Source of the DNA: Spirochaetota bacterium
GTDB taxonomy: Bacteria > Spirochaetota > UBA12135 > COTS27 > CBDBHE01
DNA: 64,000 nt
Assembly (NCBI GenBank): GCA_965205605.1
Contig: CBDBHE010000006.1
Coordinates: forward strand, 160,001 to 224,000
Direction of reading: 5' to 3'
The position numbers were made by a program, and so were the translations under genes. The notes below the pieces were generated by a model, which saw only the letters and a list, made by a program, of their open reading frames with translations, was not told the origin of the DNA and did not search any database. Below are positions 48,207 to 57,955 of this stretch, piece after piece (within the stretch, counting starts at the first letter, position 1; every line of letters starts with the position of its first letter).

Positions 48207-49271
48207 TCATTTTTCTAAAATAAATTTATCTACTTTAAAAAGATAAGCAATTAAAGCAACCCTTACCCACATCCCATTTCGTACCTGTCTCCAATACATC
48301 GCTCTTGGATCTTCATCAACATTGTTTTCAATTTCAGTCTTCCTAGGCAAAGGATGAAGAATTACCCCGGTGTGTTTTAAAGTTTTTAGATGTTTTTTTT
48401 GAAAGCTATATTTTTTTTCATCATAATTTTTTGATTCTTTTTGATGAGTATCATATTCGTTTTGAAGACGGGTCATATAAACGGCATCTGCTTGATGAAT
48501 GATGGATTCAAATTTTTCGGTTTCTTTAAAGTTGATTTTTTTGTCTAAGAGCATTTTTTTGATATTGTTTTCTATTTTAAATTTTTTAGGAGATGAAAAA
48601 ATAATTTTTATATTAGAAAAAAGAGAGAGTAAATGACAGAGGGATTTGATGGTTCTGCCTCTTTTCAAGTCTCCAACCATTAAAATGGTTTTATTTTCCA
48701 GTCCACCAATTTTTTCAAAAGATTTTCTTAAGGTAAAAATATCTAAAAGCGATTGTGTTGGGTGTTCGTCTTTTCCTGATCCCGCATTAATAATTGAAAT
48801 AGGTCTACGAGTTTTATTTAAAACAAAAGAAGCTTTTTCAACATTTCCTTCAATTAAATCTCGCATAATAATAAGATCAAAGTAACTAGAAAAAGTACGA
48901 ATGGTGTCTTCAAAAGATTCTCCTTTCACTTCACTTGAAACCTGAGGATTTCTCACATCACAAAATGTAATTCCTAAGGTTTGACAAGCAGTAGCAAAAG
49001 AAAGAAATGTTCTAGTGGATGGTTGAGTAAAATAAAACATTGCCTTATAATTTTTAAGTAAAGTAGAAAGCCAGATTTTGCCATCTTTTGTTTTTGAAAC
49101 CAGTCTTACTTTGTTTGTTAACGTATAAATCGTATCTAAAAAATTAATATCAAACTGTTTTGAGAAAAGAATATTAAATAAACGATTTTCTTTTTTAAAA
49201 TAAGGGATTCTACTTTCAAAAGGGAGGGCTTTAAAAGCATCCCAATTAAGATTATCTTTAATTAATTCCAT
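48207..49271 (-). CDS. pyrB: Aspartate carbamoyltransferase catalytic subunit
   Basis: QPSTRT, KGES, INAGSGKDEHPTQ, GDLKRGRT, YMTRLQ, HPLPR. Confidence 0.96.
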   Translation of the reverse strand: MELIKDNLNWDAFKALPFESRIPYFKKENRLFNILFSKQFDINFLDTIYTLTNKVRLVSKTKDGKIWLSTLLKNYKAMFYFTQPSTRTFLSFATACQTLGITFCDVRNPQVSSEVKGESFEDTIRTFSSYFDLIIMRDLIEGNVEKASFVLNKTRRPISIINAGSGKDEHPTQSLLDIFTLRKSFEKIGGLENKTILMVGDLKRGRTIKSLCHLLSLFSNIKIIFSSPKKFKIENNIKKMLLDKKINFKETEKFESIIHQADAVYMTRLQNEYDTHQKESKNYDEKKYSFQKKHLKTLKHTGVILHPLPRKTEIENNVDEDPRAMYWRQVRNGMWVRVALIAYLFKVDKFILEK

Positions 49272-49295
49272 TGATTTTAAAAAAGTAAATAAGCT

Positions 49296-49324
49296 CTTAT
49301 AATTTGAATTTTACCTATTGTCAA
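49296..49324 (-). promoter_or_regulatory. Putative sigma70 promoter of pyrB
   Basis: Minus strand TTGACA-N17-TATAAG, 25 nt upstream of the ATG. Confidence 0.55.
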
Positions 49325-49472
49325 TGAAAATCGAGTCATGTTTTTTCTTTTATTTTAGATTTATTAAATCTAAGTTATAATTGATATATTATCTTTCTTT
49401 ATAAAAAAAATAGAAAATTTTTTTCGATTTAAATGACATTTTTTATTATTAATTTTTTTAAGAACAGTTAAC

Positions 49473-50285
49473 ATGCCTACAAAAAAGATTGTTATTTATT
49501 GCACTTATTGTAAATTTGCCCTTAGAATTCCTAGTTTACAAGGTTTTTTGAAGGTAACTTGTCCTAAATGTAAAGAAATTTTTTTGTATTCTAAAGAAAC
49601 TAATTTTGATTTTAAAAGTAGGGTGCAATTTTATATTTCAGCAGGTATTTTAGGAGGGATTATTGGGTTTTTTATTACAGAATATTTAAGGAGATTTTCT
49701 TTAGATTTTCTAGATCAAAAATTAATTTTTTTGATAGGGAATTTTTATACTTATGCTGGAGTTGGATTATCTATTAGTGTTTTTTTATCAAGTGTGGATG
49801 GGTTTTATTTAAAAGATCAAAAGAAATTTTGGTATGGTGTGGGTTTAGGGGTTTTGTTGGGTATTTTAGGAGGCCTTTTAAGTGGAATTTTGGCACAATT
49901 GATTTTTAAAGGAATTCTTTCTATTAGTGCTTGGTATAGTATTGGGTATATAGGATTTTTTTTAGCAAGAGTTTTAGGGTGGTCTTTTTTTGGTTTTTTT
50001 TTAGGGCTTTCTTATGGGGTTAAAGAAAACACAATTGGTGATTTAAAATATGGAGGGATTAGTGGTATTTTAGGAGGATTTTTAAGTGGGGTTTTATTTG
50101 AGCCAATTGCTTTTATGATGAATAGTGCTCAGCATAGTCGTTTGGTTGGTTTTTCTATTTTAGGAGGATTTTTAGGATTTTCGATTAAATATTTTCAAGA
50201 AAGAGCGATTATTAAAGGTGAAGAAACAATGTTTAAACAGTTGACGCGTCATCTCCCTGAGAATAATCGATTGGAGAAGAAATAA
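49473..50285 (+). CDS. Membrane protein with N-terminal zinc ribbon and glycine-zipper helices
   Basis: CTYC...CPKC followed by about 6 TM helices rich in GxxGG motifs. Confidence 0.7.
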   Translation: MPTKKIVIYCTYCKFALRIPSLQGFLKVTCPKCKEIFLYSKETNFDFKSRVQFYISAGILGGIIGFFITEYLRRFSLDFLDQKLIFLIGNFYTYAGVGLSISVFLSSVDGFYLKDQKKFWYGVGLGVLLGILGGLLSGILAQLIFKGILSISAWYSIGYIGFFLARVLGWSFFGFFLGLSYGVKENTIGDLKYGGISGILGGFLSGVLFEPIAFMMNSAQHSRLVGFSILGGFLGFSIKYFQERAIIKGEETMFKQLTRHLPENNRLEKK

Positions 50286-50288
50286 ATA

Positions 50289-51950
50289 TTGAAAATTGCT
50301 TTAGCTCAAGTGAATCCTATTGTAGGGGACCTTGATGGTAACTTAAATCTAATCACTCAAACAATCAAACAAGCTTTAAATAATAAAGCGAGATTGATTG
50401 TTTTTCCCGAGCTTTGTCTTATAGGGTATCCTCCAAAAGACCTTTTGTTTGATGTTGTTTTTTTAAAAAAAGCTGAGGAAACTCTTTTTAAGCTTGTCAA
50501 AAAAATAGAAGACTTGTATGTTTTAATTGGGACGATTTGGGTTTCAAAAAAAAAAGAAAAAAGACAAATTTTTAATACAGCGGTTCTTATTTATCAAAAA
50601 AAAATCATTCAAAAAATCTCTAAGAGACGACTTCCTAATTATGATGTGTTTGATGAAAAACGTTATTTTTCGATCCCGCGAGATCGTTTTCCTGAAAGCA
50701 ATTTTATAAGCCTTGAACAGGAAAAATTTTTAGTGACAATTTGTGAAGATATTTGGGAGCCTTCTTTACTACCTTCTTATATTCAGTATGAAAATTTTTT
50801 AAATCAATTTTCTAAAGAAAACAAAAATCTAAGTGGGATTATTAATCTAGCGGCGTCTCCTTTTTATGTTGGGAAGCTAGAAGAGAGAGAGATTTCTGCT
50901 AAAAGTTTTGCTTGTTATTTCAAAAGCCCTCTTTATTATGTCAATCAAGTCGGCGGACATGATGATCTTATTTTTGATGGTTCTAGCTTTATAATGAATG
51001 AGAAGGGAGAAATCACCCAAGAGCTTGCTTCTTTTAAACAAGCGTTATTTTGTACAGAATTAAAGCAAGTCAAAAAAACTCGAGTTAAAAAAAACCCAAT
51101 GGCTTTAATCGAAGAAGCTCTTGTTTTAGGGTTAAGAGATTATATGAAAAAATGTTTTTTTAAAACAGCGTTGATTGGCTTGAGCGGAGGGATTGATTCG
51201 GCGATGGTAGCGGTGATTGCGAAAAAATCTTTGGGAGCTGAAAATGTTTTTTGTGTTGCGATGCCTTCTCGTTTTTCAAGTAAGGGTTCTCTTTTAGATG
51301 CTAAAAAACTAGCAACAAATTTAAATGTTTCTTTTGAAGTTATTTCAATAGAACCTACTTTTAAAGCCTTATTAAACTCACTTAAAACTAATTTTAAAAA
51401 AACCCCTTTTGGCTTAGCAGAAGAAAATCTTCAAGCAAGGACTAGAGGCACGATCTTAATGGCTCTTTCAAATAAGTGGAATCACCTTCTTTTAGCAACA
51501 GGTAATAAAAGCGAATTTTCAGTCGGCTATAGTACTCTTTATGGTGATATGAATGGAGGACTTTGTCCTTTAGGAGATTTGTTTAAAACAAAAGTGTATC
51601 AATTAGCTGCTTATATCAATGAAAAAGAAGAAATCATCCCAAATGTTATCTTGAAAAAAGCACCCTCCGCTGAATTACGTTCTAATCAAAAAGATACTGA
51701 TACTTTGCCTGCTTATGAGGTTTTAGATCGTTTTTTAGAAGCTTATTTAGAAAAAGGTGCTTGTAAACAAGAGCTTGTAAAGATGGGTTTTGATCAGCAA
51801 ATAATTGAACAAGTGTTATTTCAAATCCATCGTAATGAATATAAACGTAATCAAGCTCCTCCTATTTTAAAAATCACTCCAAAGTCTTTTGGTTTTGGTA
51901 GGCGGTTGCTGATTTCTAAAAACTGGCAAAATCTTTTTAAAGATGAATGA
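50289..51950 (+). CDS. nadE: Glutamine-dependent NAD+ synthetase
   Basis: FPEL..GYPPKDL, LPNYDVFDEKRYF, ICEDIW, GLSGGIDS, ENLQAR, TGNKSE, APSAELR. Confidence 0.97.
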   Translation: MKIALAQVNPIVGDLDGNLNLITQTIKQALNNKARLIVFPELCLIGYPPKDLLFDVVFLKKAEETLFKLVKKIEDLYVLIGTIWVSKKKEKRQIFNTAVLIYQKKIIQKISKRRLPNYDVFDEKRYFSIPRDRFPESNFISLEQEKFLVTICEDIWEPSLLPSYIQYENFLNQFSKENKNLSGIINLAASPFYVGKLEEREISAKSFACYFKSPLYYVNQVGGHDDLIFDGSSFIMNEKGEITQELASFKQALFCTELKQVKKTRVKKNPMALIEEALVLGLRDYMKKCFFKTALIGLSGGIDSAMVAVIAKKSLGAENVFCVAMPSRFSSKGSLLDAKKLATNLNVSFEVISIEPTFKALLNSLKTNFKKTPFGLAEENLQARTRGTILMALSNKWNHLLLATGNKSEFSVGYSTLYGDMNGGLCPLGDLFKTKVYQLAAYINEKEEIIPNVILKKAPSAELRSNQKDTDTLPAYEVLDRFLEAYLEKGACKQELVKMGFDQQIIEQVLFQIHRNEYKRNQAPPILKITPKSFGFGRRLLISKNWQNLFKDE

Positions 51951-52009
51951 AAATTTTTTAGAAATCTATTTTTAATCCTTTAATCAAATAAACAGATTAT
52001 AATTTTGAT

Positions 52010-52711
52010 ATGGTGTTTTTTAATAAGATATTTTTTATTCTTATCCTTACTTTTTTATTTTCTTTTGTTTCTCCTTCTTTTGAAGAAGGAGAAAAATTAT
52101 ATTTAAAAGAAGATTACAAACAATCAAAAAAATTGCTTTTAAATGTTTTAAGTACTAATCCTTCCCACCAAAAAGCCCATTTCTATATCGCTAATATTTT
52201 TGTTTTAGAAAAAGACTATGGGGGAGCTAATGGGTATTATCAAAAACTCATTAAGCTTAATAATAAAAATCCTACTTACTATAGTTATTATGCTCATTTA
52301 AAGTTGAAACAAAAAGAGTATGATGTCGCAGAAGCTTTTTATCAAAAAGCACTTTCTATAGCACCTACTTATTATATTTGTTTTGAAGGGCTCTCTCATG
52401 TCTATTTTAATCAAAAAAAATACTCTAAAACAGCTGATATGCTTGAAACTTTATTAAAAATAAAGCCAGATCACCCCAAAAAATTGATGATCACTTTAAT
52501 CATCGAGCGCCTTAGGCGAAAAGTAGGATCAGGGGGAGAAAAAAAAGGTTTTGGTGCTCAATCAGGGGGAAGTGGTCGCCCTGGAGGTGGGGGAGAAGGG
52601 CTGGAAGATTTGTCCCTTGATGATCTTGATTTGGGATTAGGGGGAGGGGCAGACTCTAAAAGTGAAGACTCTATTAAAGATATTGAAATTGATCTTGGAA
52701 TTATTGATTAA
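52010..52711 (+). CDS. Exported TPR protein with Gly-rich/acidic C-terminal tail
   Basis: Signal peptide; about 4 TPR repeats; GGSGRPGGGGEG-LEDLSLDDLDLG tail. Confidence 0.8.
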   Translation: MVFFNKIFFILILTFLFSFVSPSFEEGEKLYLKEDYKQSKKLLLNVLSTNPSHQKAHFYIANIFVLEKDYGGANGYYQKLIKLNNKNPTYYSYYAHLKLKQKEYDVAEAFYQKALSIAPTYYICFEGLSHVYFNQKKYSKTADMLETLLKIKPDHPKKLMITLIIERLRRKVGSGGEKKGFGAQSGGSGRPGGGGEGLEDLSLDDLDLGLGGGADSKSEDSIKDIEIDLGIID

Positions 52712-52742
52712 GTTGGGTTTAAAAAAAGAGAAACCATTTTTT

Positions 52743-54476
52743 TTAAATACGAGCTTGGTAAGTATAAAGTGTATGATATCTTCCTTTTTTTTCCATGAGC
52801 TCTTTGTGTTTTCCATTTTCTACAATCGTTCCTTTTTCAATCACTAAAATTTGATCAGCATTTAAGATAGTGCTCAACCTATGAGCAATAACGATAGTGG
52901 TACAATTTTTCATAAGATTTTTAAGACTTTTTTGAATGTATTTTTCGCTTTCATTATCTAAACTGGAGGTGGCTTCATCTAAAATAAGAATTTTAGGGTT
53001 GGCTAACATGGCTCTCCCAATAGAGATTCGTTGTCTTTGTCCTCCAGAGAGCTTTACTCCTCTTTCACCGATAATCGTCTGAAGTCCTTTTTTGAACTTA
53101 GCAGAAAATTCATCAATATAAGCTAGCTTAACCACTTTTTCCAAGTCTTGTTTAGACGCTTTAGGATTGCTATAAAGAAGGTTTTCTTTCAAAGTCCCAT
53201 CAAAAAGAAAATCATCTTGCAACACGACTCCTAAATTTTTTCGGTAACTTTTTAAATCAACACTATTTAAATCTTTACCATCAACTAAAACCTTCCCAGA
53301 TTGCACTTTTAAAAAAGAAGCCACTAAACTAGCAATCGTTGTTTTCCCAGAGCCAGAGCTTCCAACTAAAGCAACGGTTGTATTGGCTTTGGCCTCAAAG
53401 GAAATGTTTTTTATAATAGGGGTGTCTTTTTCATAGGCAAAAGAAACTTTATTAAAAATAATGCTTCCTTTTAAAGAATTGAAAATATGAGTTCTATTTT
53501 TTTCCTGAGCTTCAGTGGGAAGAGATAGGATTTTTTCCATATGATCAATTCCAGCAAAAGCTTCGGTAATTTGAGTCCCTATATTAGACATTTGAATAAT
53601 AGGGGCCCCTAAAAACCCTAAATAAAGAATGTATGAAAAAAAATCACCAATAGACATCGTTCCTTCAATAATTTGATGCCCTCCAATAAGCATTATCATC
53701 GAAGTCACAATTCCTATTAAAAAAGTAGAGCTCATCATCACAAAGGCTTGAGTCACTAATGTTTTTTTAACATTAAAAAAAATACGTTCTGCTCCTTTGG
53801 CAAAAATTTCTTGTTCTTTTTTTTCAGTGTTAAATCCTTTAATGATTTTAATCCCCCCAAGACCTTCAGTTAGCCTCCCTGTTACTTCAGCATTAATTTT
53901 ATTTCGTTTACGAAAAACAGGTCTGACTTTAGAAAAAGCAAAAATCATAATCACCCCAAAACAACTAATAAAAAAAACAGAGATAATGGTTAAAAGAGGC
54001 TGGATAAAAATTAAAATGCATAGCGCTAAAATAGCGGTTAAAATCCCTCCTATTAGTTGCACAAATCCTGTCCCAATCAGATTTCGAATCCCTTCAACAT
54101 CATTCATAATTCTCGATACAAGCTCTCCGGATTTATTTTTATTAAAAAAATCAATCGGAAGTTTGATGACATGATTGTGAATTTGACAACGAAGCTTATA
54201 AATCACTTGGTGAGCTTCAACACTTAAAATTTTTGTTAAAAAAAAAGAAGTCGTTCCTTGAACAAAAACAGCGGTAATAACAAAGCTAATCAGTTTCCAA
54301 AGCATTTCAATGTTTTTTTCACTAATCACATTGTCAATCAAAAACTTAATCGAACCAGGAAGCACTAAACCTGCTAAACGACTAATGATGATTAAAATGA
54401 GCCCTAATAACAAGAGCCATCGCCTGGGCCAAAGTAATTTTTTGAAAATATATAAAAATGTTATTTTTTGTTCCAT
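52743..54476 (-). CDS. ABC exporter, fused permease/ATPase (MsbA/MdlB-like)
   Basis: 6 TM plus GSSGSGKT, LSGGQRQR, LDEATS, IAHRLST. Confidence 0.93.
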   Translation of the reverse strand: MEQKITFLYIFKKLLWPRRWLLLLGLILIIISRLAGLVLPGSIKFLIDNVISEKNIEMLWKLISFVITAVFVQGTTSFFLTKILSVEAHQVIYKLRCQIHNHVIKLPIDFFNKNKSGELVSRIMNDVEGIRNLIGTGFVQLIGGILTAILALCILIFIQPLLTIISVFFISCFGVIMIFAFSKVRPVFRKRNKINAEVTGRLTEGLGGIKIIKGFNTEKKEQEIFAKGAERIFFNVKKTLVTQAFVMMSSTFLIGIVTSMIMLIGGHQIIEGTMSIGDFFSYILYLGFLGAPIIQMSNIGTQITEAFAGIDHMEKILSLPTEAQEKNRTHIFNSLKGSIIFNKVSFAYEKDTPIIKNISFEAKANTTVALVGSSGSGKTTIASLVASFLKVQSGKVLVDGKDLNSVDLKSYRKNLGVVLQDDFLFDGTLKENLLYSNPKASKQDLEKVVKLAYIDEFSAKFKKGLQTIIGERGVKLSGGQRQRISIGRAMLANPKILILDEATSSLDNESEKYIQKSLKNLMKNCTTIVIAHRLSTILNADQILVIEKGTIVENGKHKELMEKKGRYHTLYTYQARI

Positions 54477-54515
54477 CGAATCCTTCTTTTTAAACTTATT
54501 TAAACTAGAAAAAAT

Positions 54516-54881
54516 TTAATTTTCTGCAATTTTTTTTTTGTAACCTTCTAGTGAAAACAAATCATTTGTTTGAAAAGAAGAATTAATTTTCACTTTGACA
54601 AGCCATCCATGATCTTCAGGAGACTCGTTTACTTTTTCAGGATTTTTTAATAAAGTCTGGTTAATTTCCACAATACTGCCATCAATAGGAGCATAAATAT
54701 CACTAGCAGCTTTAACAGATTCAATTGACATAAAAACTTCATCTTTTTTTAGTGTCTTTCCTATTTCTGGGAAATCAATATACACCACATCAGAAAGTTC
54801 CCCTTGAGCGTGATTTGATATTCCGATAGTTGCTAAATCTTTTTGGATTTTAACCCATTCATGTGTTTTTGAGTAAAGCAT
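54516..54881 (-). CDS. gcvH: Glycine cleavage system H protein
   Basis: YSKTHEWV, IESVKAASDIYAP (lipoyl Lys), VNESP..GWL; ATG at 54881 preferred over 54929. Confidence 0.95.
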   Translation of the reverse strand: MLYSKTHEWVKIQKDLATIGISNHAQGELSDVVYIDFPEIGKTLKKDEVFMSIESVKAASDIYAPIDGSIVEINQTLLKNPEKVNESPEDHGWLVKVKINSSFQTNDLFSLEGYKKKIAEN

Positions 54882-54974
54882 TTTTATTGAGTTATTATTA
54901 TAAAGTAAATATGAAGTAAAAAAAAGCAACTTTATTTAAAAGGTTATTTTTCTTTATAAAATATAAGAAGTTAT

Positions 54975-56042
54975 TCAAACAAATTTTCTTTTGTGTTTAG
55001 TTGCTTTTAGTAATTTTTTTTTTGATTCAATCCAAAATATTGGGTCACAATATGTCTTTGAAATAAATGCTAGTCCAATGCTTTTTTTAAGTATTGGAGA
55101 ATACACACCGCTTGTTACAGATCCGATTATGTTTTTTTTTTTATCATAAATCTTGCTTTGGTGTCTTGCAATGCCTCTTTCTTCAATTATAAAGCCATTT
55201 AAGCTCTTGCGAATGCCTTTTTTTTTAATATCTATGAGCGCTTTTTTTCCAATAAAGTCTTCTTTTCTAAGATCAACGGTCCATTCTAAACCGGCTTCTA
55301 TAGGGTTAATGTCTTCATTAATTTCGTGTCCATACAGTGAAAACCCTTTCTCTAGCCTCAAGCAATCTCTCGCCCCTAGTCCACAAGGAATGGCTCCGTT
55401 TTCAATAAAAGATTTAAATAAAGAAGTAGCCATTTTATTTGGAATCATGCATTCAATCCCGTCTTCTCCTGTATACCCCGTTTTAGAAATAAGACAACTT
55501 TTATTTTGATAAGAAGCTTCTATAAAAGAAAAAGGTTTTAAGGCATCAAAAACCCCTTTTAAAATACGATCACTCACTTTTTTACTTTCTTTTCCTTGAA
55601 GGGCAATAAGAGAATACTCATTTGAATGATTAACAACATTTAGAGTTTTACTAAAGGAATTGGCTTTTTCTTTAATCCAATTAAAATCTTTTTCAATATT
55701 ACAAGCATTAACGATGAGTATTGCTTCTTCTTCATTTTTTAGATAAATCATGACGTCATCGATGATGGTTGCATTTTCGTAAAGCAATAATGTATAAATT
55801 GTTTTTTGAAGAGTAATTTTAGACATGTTGTTTGCAATCAGATAATTTAAAAAAGTAATGGTCCCCTTGCCATCAATAAAAATATTGCCCATATGAGAAC
55901 AATCAAAAACACCCACTCCTTGACGAACACTTAAATGTTCTTTGATAATAGAGGTGTATTGAATAGGCAAAGACCACCCTGCAAAATCAATCATTGTCCC
56001 ATTGAGCTTAAGGTGAGTTTCAAATAAAGCTGTTTTTTTCAT
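54975..56042 (-). CDS. gcvT: Glycine cleavage system aminomethyltransferase T
   Basis: FAGWSLPIQY, FDCSHMG, TGYTGEDG, GLGARDCLRLE, LYGHE. Confidence 0.96.
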   Translation of the reverse strand: MKKTALFETHLKLNGTMIDFAGWSLPIQYTSIIKEHLSVRQGVGVFDCSHMGNIFIDGKGTITFLNYLIANNMSKITLQKTIYTLLLYENATIIDDVMIYLKNEEEAILIVNACNIEKDFNWIKEKANSFSKTLNVVNHSNEYSLIALQGKESKKVSDRILKGVFDALKPFSFIEASYQNKSCLISKTGYTGEDGIECMIPNKMATSLFKSFIENGAIPCGLGARDCLRLEKGFSLYGHEINEDINPIEAGLEWTVDLRKEDFIGKKALIDIKKKGIRKSLNGFIIEERGIARHQSKIYDKKKNIIGSVTSGVYSPILKKSIGLAFISKTYCDPIFWIESKKKLLKATKHKRKFV

Positions 56043-56164
56043 TAATTTTTTTTTTAGAAAAAAAATCTGTTTTAGTTTTGATAAATAAAAGAGTATTTTC
56101 TCTTACAATTTTTTTTCATTATATAATGTGAAATAATTTTAATTAAATACTTAACGATTTACAT

Positions 56165-56743
56165 TTGAAAAAACATTTTTTACTTTGTTCTTTTATTTTA
56201 ATTTTGGCCTTAGGCTGTGATAAAAAACCTTACAGAACTTATCAAGAAATTTCCTCTTTAAAAAAATCAAAAGAAGCATTAAGTGATCAAATAGATTCTT
56301 TAAAAAATCAAACCGGTGGATCTGCTCAAGGTATTTCTTGGAGAGCTTCTGTTAATTGGGTTGAAAAACAAGCAACGGGGTTTCGTATAGGTTCTTTTGA
56401 AAGCCAACAAAAATTAGATGTTAGTATTATTACTTTTCCAGGGGATGCAGGGGGAGTTTTACAAAATGTTAAAAGATGGCTTGGTCAGATAGGGTTTAAT
56501 CCTTCAAAAAAAGAGTTAGGCCTTTTTTTAGAGACTGTCATCACTAAAAAAAATAAACAAGGACTTTCTTATCATTTTGTTAGTAGTCTTTCTTTAGGGA
56601 AGGAACAACATTTTTTAGGGGCTATTTTTTTTGTAAAAACAAAAACAATTTTTGTTAAAATGACTGGAAACAAACCATTAATTGAAAAAGATAAAGAAGA
56701 TTTTTTAATGTTTTGTGACTCTATCGCTTATCAAGAAAAATAA
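56165..56743 (+). CDS. Lipoprotein associated with cytochrome c biogenesis genes
   Basis: LALGC lipobox; GDAGGVLQNVKRWLGQ and FVKMTG motifs; first gene of the resB-ccsA unit. Confidence 0.7.
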   Translation: MKKHFLLCSFILILALGCDKKPYRTYQEISSLKKSKEALSDQIDSLKNQTGGSAQGISWRASVNWVEKQATGFRIGSFESQQKLDVSIITFPGDAGGVLQNVKRWLGQIGFNPSKKELGLFLETVITKKNKQGLSYHFVSSLSLGKEQHFLGAIFFVKTKTIFVKMTGNKPLIEKDKEDFLMFCDSIAYQEK

Positions 56744-56761
56744 AAAAAAATAACTGAAACT

Positions 56762-57955
56762 TTGAAACAAAAAAATAGGAATTTAAAACAACTCATTAAG
56801 CGCCTAGCTTCGCTTAAAATAACGGTTGTCTGTTTGATTTTATTTTTCATTCTAACGGCTTGGGGGACAGTCTACCAAGTAGAAAATGGTTTGTATCAAG
56901 CACAAAAACGTTTTTTTAATTCTTGGGTTTTTCTAAATTTTTCTTGGTTACCCTTTCCGGGGGCGCAAGCGATTATTTGGGTGCTTTCGATCAATCTTTT
57001 TTGTGCAGCTCTGCTTTTAAAATTTAAATTTAAACTTAGAAAAATAGGAATTCTTTTTATTCATTATGGGCTTATTTTACTTTTATTAAGTTCTTTTTTT
57101 TCTTATTACTATTCTAAAGAATCTTTTTTACCCTTGTATGAAGGTTCGTTTTCAAATCTTTCTAAAGACTATAGAAAATGGGAATTAGTTTGTTGGCGAG
57201 AAACACAAGATTCTAAAAAACAAATCTATGCTTATGCTTTGGATGGCATTAAAAAAGAAGAAATTATTTCTTTTGATTCTTTAAACCTTAAAATAATGGC
57301 AAATGCTTATTTTAAAAATAGTCTTTTGACACAAAATAAGGTTTCAGAAAATGCTTTACCTGGGTTGTTTCATCAAAAAATAACCAATCAAGCAACTTTT
57401 ATCAGTAAATTAAAACCTCTCCCTCCTCCAAAAGATCCAATGGAAGCTTTACCAGGATTTTTAGGGGATATTGTTTTACCTAGTGGGGAAAATGTTAATA
57501 TTGTTCTTTGGGGAGGGAATGAGAACCCTTCTAAAATTAATTTTGAAAATGAGACTTTTTATTTTAAATTAAGACGAAAAAGTTATTTACTTCCTGTTGT
57601 TGTTAAGCTTTTAGAATTTAAAAAAGAAACTTATCAAGGCACAGAGATTCCAAAAAGTTATGAAAGCCTTGTGGAAGTGACAGAAAATAAAATTAATCGA
57701 AAAGTAAAAATCTTTATGAATAATCCTTTTAGAAAAAATGATTTCACTTTTTATCAGTCTTCTTTTTCAGTTGATGCCTTAGGAAGAGAACAATCTATTT
57801 TTGCTGTTGTTAAAAACAAAACAAGACTTTTTCCTTATATTTCAAGTTTGCTTATTTCTTTAGGACTTTTAATTCATTTTTTAACAGAATTTATTAGAAG
57901 AACTTTTTTGAAAAAAAAAGATCTTCTAGAAAAAAAAGGAAATCATGAAAGATGA
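56762..57955 (+). CDS. resB: Cytochrome c biogenesis protein ResB/CcsB
   Basis: LASLKITV, GTVYQ, IHYG, PKSYES, MNNP, FYQSSF. Confidence 0.85.
   Translation: MKQKNRNLKQLIKRLASLKITVVCLILFFILTAWGTVYQVENGLYQAQKRFFNSWVFLNFSWLPFPGAQAIIWVLSINLFCAALLLKFKFKLRKIGILFIHYGLILLLLSSFFSYYYSKESFLPLYEGSFSNLSKDYRKWELVCWRETQDSKKQIYAYALDGIKKEEIISFDSLNLKIMANAYFKNSLLTQNKVSENALPGLFHQKITNQATFISKLKPLPPPKDPMEALPGFLGDIVLPSGENVNIVLWGGNENPSKINFENETFYFKLRRKSYLLPVVVKLLEFKKETYQGTEIPKSYESLVEVTENKINRKVKIFMNNPFRKNDFTFYQSSFSVDALGREQSIFAVVKNKTRLFPYISSLLISLGLLIHFLTEFIRRTFLKKKDLLEKKGNHER

Noticed and set aside
56043-56164. Glycine riboswitch upstream of gcvT
   Set aside because: Region is short and nearly all A/T, without the conserved aptamer motifs
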